Positions 56,243 to 64,000 of a stretch of DNA of 64,000 nt are shown here, one piece after another. The notes under the pieces were generated by a model. That model was not told the DNA's origin and did no database searches. It saw only the letters and a list, made by a program, of their open reading frames with translations. This DNA comes from Solirubrobacteraceae bacterium. Its GTDB lineage: Bacteria > Actinomycetota > Thermoleophilia > Solirubrobacterales > Solirubrobacteraceae. Within the stretch, counting starts at the first letter, position 1, and each line of letters begins with the position of its first letter. The stretch covers positions 16,181-80,180 of the forward strand of contig DATFZM010000010.1 of the NCBI GenBank assembly GCA_035314465.1. The letters are read 5' to 3'. The position numbers and the translations under genes were made by a program.

Positions 56243-56971
56243 TCAGCGCAGCACGGAGGAGTGCGCCACGCCCGCGTCGCTCCAGCGCACCGTCGCGCCG
56301 TTGTCCTCGAGCGATTTCCGGTCGACGGGGCCGGGGTCGAGCGTCCGCTGTCCGCTGGAGTCCTCCGCGAACAGAGCCTCGGCACCCGACGATCCCGGTG
56401 CGATCCAGGCGATCCAGCCCGCCGGGGTCACGACCAACGCCATCGGCGGCGGGGGAGGTTCGGGCGTCTGCGGTTCGACGCTCGTGCGGATTCGGCCGTT
56501 GCGCAAGTCGACGCTCCCAAACAGCGTCCGGCCGCAGCCGGTTGCGCCGGCGCTTTCGTAGTCGGCGCACACGGTCGACCGCCAGCCGAGGTAGAAAGCC
56601 GCGTAGGGCCCCGCGAACGTCGTGATCACTTCAGACGGCAGGTCGCCGTCTTCGAATTCGTACAGCTGCACGGGAGCGCGGTAGCGGCTGATGCACCCGT
56701 ACAGCGCGTGCGGCGCGCCGTACTTGAAATCGGTCGGGCCGGTCTGGCGCACGAACAGCACGTGCGGGCCCGACCGCCCGAGCACCTCGCGTCGCGGAGG
56801 CGCGCACCGTCCCGCGCGGGCAAGGCGCCCGTGAGCGGCGGCGGACGCCCGGGCCGGGGTGACGGTCGACGCGCTCGCCACGCATACGATCGCGGCAAGC
56901 GACCACGTGATCCACCTCGGCGCTGCTCGCGCGGCGCGGCGCGGACTGCTCGCAGGCGGTGCCGTCGACAT
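56243..56971 (-). CDS. Secreted hypothetical protein
   Basis: Signal-like hydrophobic N-term; Cys-containing beta-rich mature part. Confidence 0.55.
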   Translation of the reverse strand: MSTAPPASSPRRAARAAPRWITWSLAAIVCVASASTVTPARASAAAHGRLARAGRCAPPRREVLGRSGPHVLFVRQTGPTDFKYGAPHALYGCISRYRAPVQLYEFEDGDLPSEVITTFAGPYAAFYLGWRSTVCADYESAGATGCGRTLFGSVDLRNGRIRTSVEPQTPEPPPPPMALVVTPAGWIAWIAPGSSGAEALFAEDSSGQRTLDPGPVDRKSLEDNGATVRWSDAGVAHSSVLR

Positions 56972-57037
56972 TTGCCTAGTAAACACCGCTGCCGGCCGAA
57001 ACACGCGGAACACCTCGTCGCACGTGCGACACGCGGA

Positions 57038-57604
57038 TCATGCGCCCGCGGTCACGGCCTTCAGCTCGAGCAGCGACTCGCGGACGAGTTGGCCGAAGTC
57101 CTGCTGGTTGTCTTCGTTGACCCAGCGCTCGAAGGTGATCTTGAAGACGGCGATCCCTGCCTCGGCCGCCAGATCCGCGGCCGGATCGCCGACGCCGCGC
57201 CGCCGCAATGCGTCGGCGATCGCGGCAGCGAGCGATGCGAGCTTGATCAGCTCGCGCTCTTGGAGCTCTGCGTTGGCGGCGATGATGCGCTGCCGCTGTC
57301 GGGCGAACTCGCGGCGTTCCGCGAACAGAGGACCTGCGGTCTGGAGGGCAGCGGCGACGGCATCGATCGGCGCCAGGGCACCAGGCGCATCGGCGACCGC
57401 GTTCACGAGCAGCTCCTGCAGTGCGCCGGCGCCGTCGAATAGGACCTCCCGCTTGTCGGCGAAGTACCGGAAGAACGTTCGCTCGGTGAGTCCCGCTCGC
57501 GCGGCGATGTCCGCGACAGTGGTCTGCTCGAACCCGCGCTCGCTGTAGAGCTCCATCGCCGCTCGTTCGAGCCGGCCGCGCGCGTCTGGTTCCCATCGCA
57601 CCAT
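57038..57604 (-). CDS. TetR family regulator
   Basis: 'MVRWEPDARGRL..GFEQTTVADIAARAGLTERTFFRYFADKREVLF'. Confidence 0.93.
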   Translation of the reverse strand: MVRWEPDARGRLERAAMELYSERGFEQTTVADIAARAGLTERTFFRYFADKREVLFDGAGALQELLVNAVADAPGALAPIDAVAAALQTAGPLFAERREFARQRQRIIAANAELQERELIKLASLAAAIADALRRRGVGDPAADLAAEAGIAVFKITFERWVNEDNQQDFGQLVRESLLELKAVTAGA

Positions 57605-57619
57605 CGACCGATCATATGT

Positions 57620-57669
57620 GATGGCAGTGTCTGACATCGCCTGCTAGGGTGATGACAGCAACTGACATC
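57620..57669. promoter_or_regulatory. Two putative TetR operators (GATGRCAG-N3-CTGACATC)
   Basis: GATGGCAG-tgt-CTGACATC at 57620-57638 and GATGACAG-caa-CTGACATC at 57651-57669. Confidence 0.75.
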
Positions 57670-57726
57670 GGTTTCTCTCGCGCAACCCCTGCGGCGAGAC
57701 CACCGACCTACTCGGAGGTTTCTCTC

Positions 57727-58656
57727 ATGCGTGTTTTCGTCACCGGCGCGTCCGGTTGGATCGGCTCCGCGGTCGTTCCCGAGCTCATCGGCGCGGGCCA
57801 TCAGGTCATCGGGCTCGCCCGCTCGGACGCCTCGGCCGAGGCCCTCACCGCCGCCGGAGCAGAGGTGCATCGCGGCACTCTCGACGACCTCGACGGCCTG
57901 CGTGCCGCCGCGGCCGCGTCCGACGGCGTGATCCACCTCGCGTTCAAGCACGACCTCGCGTTCACGGGGGACTACCACGGGGCTGTCGAGGCCGATCGCC
58001 TCGCCATCGAGACGTTCGGCGAGGCGCTCGCGGGCTCTGATCGACCGCTCCTGATCGCATCCGGGACGCTCGGACTCGCGCCGGGGCGGGTCGCGACAGA
58101 GCAGGACGGCCACGGCTCCGACTCGGCCGCGCACCTCGGCGTAGCGGCGGGCCGGCTGGCCAATGCGGAGCTGACGCTCTCGCTCTCCCCCAGCGGCGTC
58201 CGCTCCTCCGTCGTGCGACTGCCTCCCACCGTTCACGGCGACGGGGACAACGGCTTCATGGCGCTGCTCGTCGGCATCGCCCGCGACAAGGGCGTCTCCG
58301 GCTACCTCGGCGACGGGTCCAACCGCTGGCCCGCCGTGCACCGGCTCGATGCCGGGCCCCTCTTCCGCTTGGCGCTGGAGAGCGCCCCGGCGGGATCGAC
58401 GATGCACGCGGTCGGCGAGCAGGGCGTGCCGATCCGTGACATCGCCGAGGTGCTCGGGCGCCATCTCGACGTTCAGGTGGCCGCGGTCTCGGCCGAGGAC
58501 GCGGGCAGGCACTTCGGCTTCCTCGCCGGCTTCCTCGGCGTGGACGGCCCGGCCTCGAGCGCGCGCACCCGCGAGCTCTTGGGATGGCAGCCGACGCACC
58601 CCGGCCTGATCGACGATCTCGACGAAGGGCACTACTTCCGCGACCCATCCGCATGA
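57727..58656 (+). CDS. NAD-dependent epimerase/dehydratase (extended SDR)
   Basis: 'MRVFVTGASGWIG', 'VIHLAF', 'RLPPTVHG', 'WPAVHRLD'. Confidence 0.9.
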   Translation: MRVFVTGASGWIGSAVVPELIGAGHQVIGLARSDASAEALTAAGAEVHRGTLDDLDGLRAAAAASDGVIHLAFKHDLAFTGDYHGAVEADRLAIETFGEALAGSDRPLLIASGTLGLAPGRVATEQDGHGSDSAAHLGVAAGRLANAELTLSLSPSGVRSSVVRLPPTVHGDGDNGFMALLVGIARDKGVSGYLGDGSNRWPAVHRLDAGPLFRLALESAPAGSTMHAVGEQGVPIRDIAEVLGRHLDVQVAAVSAEDAGRHFGFLAGFLGVDGPASSARTRELLGWQPTHPGLIDDLDEGHYFRDPSA

Positions 58657-59609
58657 CCGGCAGCGCGGCTGGGACGCATGCGGTCGGCTCGCGACGTCGC
58701 CTATCAGCACGGCGCGGCCTTGGTGGGCGAACCGCTGTATGAAACGACCAGTGAGGCGAAAGCATCATCCTTCACACCGGCGTTCTATGTCGCGGCGGAG
58801 GTGCTCTCATAGGCGCCTTGATAGGCCTGGCCACTGATCGTCGCCGTCGTGCAACTGAAACGCGAGCGATCGCGCCACAGGTGACCCTGGTATGTCAGAG
58901 ACACCGGGGTCGCCTGGACCGTCCGTGTGTGAGCACGATCATAGGCTCATAAACTCCGATCACGCCCTCACAATGCTGGCATCTCAGTCCTGGGTTCACG
59001 GTGGATTGGCCGCGTGGTGCGGATCGACGAGGGCTGATCGTCGCCCTCTGTCGCGGTGTGGCTCGCCTGCACGATCTCCGGCCTGGTGGTGCGTTCCAGC
59101 GAGGGGATCGACCGGCTCTCGACCTCCAAGTAGGGTGTCGCGAAGCGGATGACCGTTCGCTCCGTCTTCGGATGTCTCGGCACTTTCGCCATGCGTGACC
59201 TCCGCCAAGGCCCCCGCGAGTAAGGACGGGCCCTGCTTGTGAACGGCGTTCCTGTCGCTTTGGACGAAACAGCCCGTGAGGTCAACGAGAGGCAGGTCCT
59301 GCCCGCCGGGAGCCTGCGCGAGAGAATCGAAGCAGTAGCGGCCGATAACGGCCCTACTGGCGAGCCTACTCCTTTTTCGACCCCTGAACGGACCAATTTC
59401 TAGGTAACCGTCCCACTGTAGGCGGGAGGGGTCGGCTCGCGCGGATTGGGGCTCGCCTGGCGGCGAGCGTGCTCCGCGAGGTATGCGTCGCGATGGGTGC
59501 CGCCCTTTCGCAAGGACCATCCTGACGGAGTAGTCGACCGAGGCGGTCGGTCGAGGGATCTCGAGGATCTCGTTTGCACGCGACGAAGTCAGAGGGGGGT
59601 CTTTCGGGC

Positions 59610-59855
59610 GTTCCGCCCGAACGTCGCGACCAGCCACCCGCGTTCATCGACATCGCCACATTCGGCAAGGAAGCTGACGCCTGCGCCAAGCACCTCGCCA
59701 AGGGTCGGGAGATCGCGGTAACCGGACGGCTCGTGTACCAGCAGTGGGAGACCGAGACCGGCGAGAAGCGCTCAAAGCACGAGGCGATCGGGCAGGTCCA
59801 GTTTGGGTCCGGCGGAAACCATGTTCCGCCGGGGAGGACCGGGGCTGATGCCTAG
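59610..59855 (+). pseudogene. ssb: 5'-truncated single-stranded DNA-binding protein
   Basis: 'FIDIATFGKEADACAKHLAKGREIAVTGRL..QWETETGEKRSKHE' is the second half of the SSB OB fold; the N-terminal strands are absent. Confidence 0.7.
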
Positions 59856-59944
59856 ACAGCCGATCGACACCAGTCAGCCGCTCGGTGCGCACGTGCCGGG
59901 CGGCTCCCGGCGATCGGACTGGACGCGGCCGGCGAGCTCGACCA

Positions 59945-60190
59945 GGACGCAACCTAAGGATCTGCGCGGCGAGCCTCCGATCCTCATCCGTGAAGAGTCG
60001 TCGAGCCGGCTCGTCGGCGTTCAAGACCATGTCCTCGAACGACAGGTCCAGACGGTCGGCCTCCATCAACGCGTTCCAGCCCTCCGAGTCGCCGGTCTTG
60101 CGCAACACGCTCTTGACGTTTTCCACACTCGACCGGCGTGCGGTTAGCTACCGGCTTGTCTCATGTCCGCACACCGCCGCCAGCTCCGGG
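59945..60190 (-). pseudogene. Fragment of a small hypothetical protein (in-frame TAG)
   Basis: '..HETSR*LTARRSSVENVKSVLRKTGDSEGWNALMEADRLDLSFEDMVL..LFTDEDRRLAAQIL'. Boundaries approximate. Confidence 0.4.
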
Positions 60191-60284
60191 CGCGGAACCC
60201 GTGAAGGCCGCCCGTGGGCTCTAGCAAGCCGATTGCCAGGCGAATCCTTGGCGCTAAAGGGTTCCGTCCGACGCGGTTAGCGGG

Positions 60285-61058
60285 TCATGGCGCGGGCTTG
60301 CGCGCGGCCACGAACTGCGCCAGGCCGGACACGCGCTGCCGGACGTCGGTGAGGCCGCGGGCTCTCAGTGCGCGCGTGAGCTCATCGCGCGCGAACATGC
60401 GCACGCCGGTGACGCTCTTGACGAACGGGCTGGTAATGGCGGCGGGCACGGGACCCCGGTTGCAGCTCGAAAGCAGCGCGACCCGACCGCCCGGCGCCAG
60501 CACGCGCGCGATTTCATCGATGGCTCGCATAGGGCGCTCGATCAGGTAGAGTGCAGCGAAGCAGCAGACGGCGTCGAAGCTGGCGTCTCGGAAGGGCAAC
60601 GCGCAGGCGTCCCCCCGCAGGTAGGCGACATTGTCGGCGTCAGTTTCCTGCACGGCGCGTGCCAGCATCGTCCTCGACGCGTCAAGGCCGATGACCAAGC
60701 CGTCACCCGCGGCGCGGGCGAAGCTGCGTGTGAAGTTGCCCGGGCCGCAGGCCACGTCCAGCACCTGCTCGCCACCCGCGAGGGCGAGCATCTCGAGCGC
60801 GATACGGTGCTCGCCACGCATGCCAGGCCCCGCCGCGCCCATCAGCAGGCGTCCACCGAGCGGGCGCCACAGCCGCTCATAGATCAGGGGCAGCGCGTCG
60901 CTGTCCATCCAACGCTGGCCCGGGTGTGGGCCGGTTGGGTCCTCGTCGCCGAGCAGATCGAGATAGCCGTCCTGCAGCTGCAGACGGGCGGGCGCCGAAT
61001 TCAACAAATCGAGTGTGCGATCGATCGAAACGGGTGCGGACACGCTGCTCATCGGCAC
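60285..61058 (-). CDS. Class I SAM-dependent methyltransferase
   Basis: 'VLDVACGPGNFT', 'GLDAS', 'LPFRDASFD', 'RVLAPGGR'. Confidence 0.88.
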   Translation of the reverse strand: MPMSSVSAPVSIDRTLDLLNSAPARLQLQDGYLDLLGDEDPTGPHPGQRWMDSDALPLIYERLWRPLGGRLLMGAAGPGMRGEHRIALEMLALAGGEQVLDVACGPGNFTRSFARAAGDGLVIGLDASRTMLARAVQETDADNVAYLRGDACALPFRDASFDAVCCFAALYLIERPMRAIDEIARVLAPGGRVALLSSCNRGPVPAAITSPFVKSVTGVRMFARDELTRALRARGLTDVRQRVSGLAQFVAARKPAP

Positions 61059-61138
61059 CTGATCACCGTCGGGACGGGAGAGCGCGTGAATCGACCCGCA
61101 TTACCGTCACCACGAGTATCTCCACACTGGACCCGAGA

Positions 61139-62638
61139 TCATCTCGCGTTGGCTCGGGCGGTCGACGTCGTCGTCGCGGCCAGAGTGCGTGAGGGGCTGG
61201 ACTTTGTGGGCTTGGCTTTCGCCGGGTGCCTCGGCGCCTTTGACGAGATCAGTGCGCGTAGCTCGGCGAAGCCTTCCTCCACTCCCTCCGCGAGGACGTG
61301 CAGGTCGGGCGTGGAGTCACGGTCCGCGCTGAGGCCGAGCACGACGCCGCCGTTGTAGGAGATGATTGCGATGCCGACCGCGTGTCCTGCTGCGAGCGGA
61401 ACCAGCGGGTGGTCCTCGCGCAGCGCGGCACCGAACGCGTACAGCGGGATCTGGGGCCCCGGTACGTTGGTGATCGTCACGTTGAACAGGCGCGTGGCGT
61501 ACAGCGAGCGCGCGATCAGCGCGTGCAGCAGCGGCGGGGCGAGCGCAGTGAGCTCGATTATCGTGTCAGCGCCGAGCGCGGCGTTCGACGACTTCAGCTT
61601 GCGCGTGCGCTCGACGATCTTGCGCAGGCGCGCGGATGCGTCGGGCTCGGCGACCGGGAGCTCCACGAACAGCGAGCTGATGCGGTTGCCGAGCGCGAGC
61701 TGCTCCGAGGCGCCGCGGACGTTCATCGGGACCATCGCGCGCAGACCGTCGGACGGAGGCGGCTCACGACGCGAGAGCAACAGCCGGCGCAGACCGGTCG
61801 TGCAGGCCGCGAGCACGATGTCGTTGACTGAGCCCCCGAGCTCGTGCGCAATCGCCTTGATCTCTGGCAGCGAGGCGCGCACGATCTCAAACCTGCGCGT
61901 GGCCCCGATCGGAACATTGAGGCTGGTGCAGGGTGCTGCGATCACCTCGTCGCGCAGGAACAGCTCGGCCAGGGAGCGCGACTTCTCGAGTGTCTCGCGA
62001 GGGTGCAGCGCCGCGCGCATGCCGGCCACCGCCGCGCGGGTGCCCGTCCTCGCCAGTTCCGCAACCGCGTCCGGCGGATGTGGGACGAGCTCTGGCCAGT
62101 GCGAGTGCGTCTCATCCACCGCCGAGGAGGCAGCGGTGGGGGGTGCGGTCGGCTCGCCGTCGAAGAGCAGGTGCATTACGTCGACTGACCCAACACCGTC
62201 GACAAGGGAGTGGTGAGTCTTCGTTGCCAGCGCCCAGTGACCGTGCTCAAGCCCCTCGACCAGCACCATCTCCCACAGCGGGCGCGTGCGATCGAGGCGG
62301 TGTGAAAAGAAGTCCGCCGCCCATTCGCACAGCTCGGCGTCGCCGCCAGGCGCGGGCAGCGCCGCATGATGCACGTGGTTGCGGATATCGAACCGGGGAT
62401 CGTCCACCCAACGTGGCCAAGTCAGCCCGCCCGTTCGCTGCGAGGAGAGCCTCTGTGAGAAGCGTGGAAGCAAGGTCAGGCGCGAGGCGATGTCCGTGCA
62501 CACTGCCTCGAGTGCTGGGACGGTTCCATCTGGCAGCGGATCGAATACCAGCACGCCACCGATGTGCATGGTCGCGCCCTCGTCCATCTGCTCGAGCTCA
62601 AGGAACGTTGCATCCAATGCGGTCAGCTGGTCGGACAT
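61139..62638 (-). CDS. Wax ester synthase/diacylglycerol acyltransferase
   Basis: 'LTALDATFL..MHIG', 'LDRTRPLWE', catalytic 'HHSLVDG', 'TNVPGP'. Confidence 0.93.
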   Translation of the reverse strand: MSDQLTALDATFLELEQMDEGATMHIGGVLVFDPLPDGTVPALEAVCTDIASRLTLLPRFSQRLSSQRTGGLTWPRWVDDPRFDIRNHVHHAALPAPGGDAELCEWAADFFSHRLDRTRPLWEMVLVEGLEHGHWALATKTHHSLVDGVGSVDVMHLLFDGEPTAPPTAASSAVDETHSHWPELVPHPPDAVAELARTGTRAAVAGMRAALHPRETLEKSRSLAELFLRDEVIAAPCTSLNVPIGATRRFEIVRASLPEIKAIAHELGGSVNDIVLAACTTGLRRLLLSRREPPPSDGLRAMVPMNVRGASEQLALGNRISSLFVELPVAEPDASARLRKIVERTRKLKSSNAALGADTIIELTALAPPLLHALIARSLYATRLFNVTITNVPGPQIPLYAFGAALREDHPLVPLAAGHAVGIAIISYNGGVVLGLSADRDSTPDLHVLAEGVEEGFAELRALISSKAPRHPAKAKPTKSSPSRTLAATTTSTARANAR

Positions 62639-63237
62639 CGCCGCCAAGCAGCCTACGCTGCCCGCCCATCGCTGCCATCGGCAGCAACGGGCAAACCATC
62701 TCCGTGGTAATCCACAGTGCCCGCCCGAGCGGCTCGACGCGCGTCACGCCGGACGCGGCAGCTCACGGGTGGCGGCTCAGCCGCCGCCGCGGAGATCCAA
62801 GAGCGATTCGACGCGCCGCTGTTCCTGCCCCTACCACGTCGGCGACACGCCTGCTCGCCGAGCGTTGCGAGAGCCAACCAGCCCCGAGACCACGCTTGCG
62901 CTCTGGACGAGCTCCAGGCGTCTCGCCGGGCGCGCTGTCACCTTCGACCGGCTTACGGTCGACGCATGCGGATCAGGCCGACTCGAAGAGACGGCTTCGT
63001 TTCGAGTCGAGGTGCACGCTCACGGGCTCGGTGAGCCTAGGCTCAGCGCCGGCAAACTGAGCGGAGGACCTCCGTGATTTCCCCCACGCATGTTTGTGGC
63101 TTTCTGCGGTTGAACGCGGACGCGTCACGGCATTACCGTGGCAGCGTCTCTGGGCGGTTGGGAGGTGTGCCCACGCCCGTTCTTCCTGTATCGATTCACC
63201 CGGGATCGAAACCCGACTGCCAAAGGAGACTCGGGCC

Positions 63238-64000
63238 CTGATTAGCGGCATCCCACAACAGCAAAGCCAAGCGCAGCTCGGCAACTCGGATGGTCGCGCG
63301 GACGAGGTGGTTCTGGCTCGTTTCCCGTGGCTGACTAACCGTCGGATCGTCTTCTTCGTATTGGGTTGGATGCTCCTGTTCGGGGTGATCAGCGCGTTCA
63401 TCTCCAATCCGTTCCAGAGCGAGCCGAGCGCGACCGCGAGCCCGAACTACTGGCACGTGATGTTCCTTCACGGCCTGCTGATCGGTATGGTCGCGCTCGG
63501 CGCACTGGTGGCCTGCCAGGTGTTCGAGCTTCAGTCGAAACACGTGCGGGTGTGGATCGCGCTCGGGGCGCTTGCCGCGACGATCCCGGTCGCGATCGGG
63601 GGCATCTTCGACAAGGCTGTACCTGGCTACGAGGTGCCGATGTGGATCCAGATCGTCGGCTTCTTCGCGCTCGATGAGATCCTGTTGAGCTTGCTGGTCG
63701 GGTTCGTGCTCGAGCACCGGCGCCGCGCGCCCGTGTCTCGTACGCTGCCGTTCCTGGGCGCGACGGTTGCCACTGCCTCGTTGCTCGTGGCCGCGGTGAT
63801 GGGACATCTCGCTGGCTGGCTGCTGGAGTTCGGGCTCACGCCGGGGGCCCTGCGTTCGTTCGCCAAATCGATCGGCTACACCAAGGCGAGTGACTGGTCC
63901 ACCGCGCTGATCGGGTCGCACTCGCACCAGATCGCAGTCGCGTCGATGGCGCTGATCGTGACGCTCCTCGCGCGCCAGTTCGGCTACGGGAGCCTCAGCA
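63238..64000 (+). CDS. His-rich polytopic membrane protein, 3'-partial (not in the ORF track)
   Basis: Frame open from 63061 to the window end; 'YWHVMFLHGLLIG', 'MGHLAGW', 'LIGSHSHQI'; AAGGAG at 63223-63228 precedes CTG at 63238 (alternatives TTG 63094, GTG 63307). Confidence 0.75.
   Translation, partial: MISGIPQQQSQAQLGNSDGRADEVVLARFPWLTNRRIVFFVLGWMLLFGVISAFISNPFQSEPSATASPNYWHVMFLHGLLIGMVALGALVACQVFELQSKHVRVWIALGALAATIPVAIGGIFDKAVPGYEVPMWIQIVGFFALDEILLSLLVGFVLEHRRRAPVSRTLPFLGATVATASLLVAAVMGHLAGWLLEFGLTPGALRSFAKSIGYTKASDWSTALIGSHSHQIAVASMALIVTLLARQFGYGSLS

Noticed and set aside
53485-56385. 966-aa minus-strand ORF
   Set aside because: Arg/Ala/Gly-rich off-frame shadow spanning three real genes.
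62689-62725. c-di-GMP-I riboswitch suggested by GGGCAAACC
   Set aside because: Lacks the GAAA tetraloop stem and the downstream GACGCAAAGC-type segment.

Overview
High-GC actinobacterial chromosomal DNA. The gene styles (tandem TetR, beta-rich secreted proteins, many leaderless genes) suggest Thermoleophilia/Solirubrobacterales, which is inference. The window holds about 60 CDS, tRNA-Arg(ACG), tRNA-Ser(GGA) and a fluoride riboswitch; no rRNA or CRISPR array was seen. Bases 1-1602 look like the right end of an element integrated into tRNA-Thr(GGT): a doubly frameshifted SRA-like/HNH nuclease, an excisionase-like HTH and a duplicated tRNA 3' half. The strongest candidate for an undescribed system is a sulfide/sulfane-sulfur module at 3558-7703. 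It has two sulfide:quinone oxidoreductases of different types, a one-Cys TusE/DsrC-like carrier, a DsrE-like protein and an ArsR regulator with a C-terminal CxxxC. A shared operator-like motif (ACCGTAC-N7-TAGTTGT) sits at both of its promoters. Other highlights: a collapsed alkB-rubA-tetR operon whose rubredoxin carries a (TACGTC)6 expansion; a divergent UbiA-like plus UbiE-like pair; a catalytically degenerate CHASE-GGDEF-EAL protein; a 19-bp-phased TetR operator array; two small membrane ORFs absent from the ORF track; mobile-element debris at 58.7-60.2 kb; and a His-rich membrane protein running off the right edge. All calls come from motif reading by eye; no searches were run.
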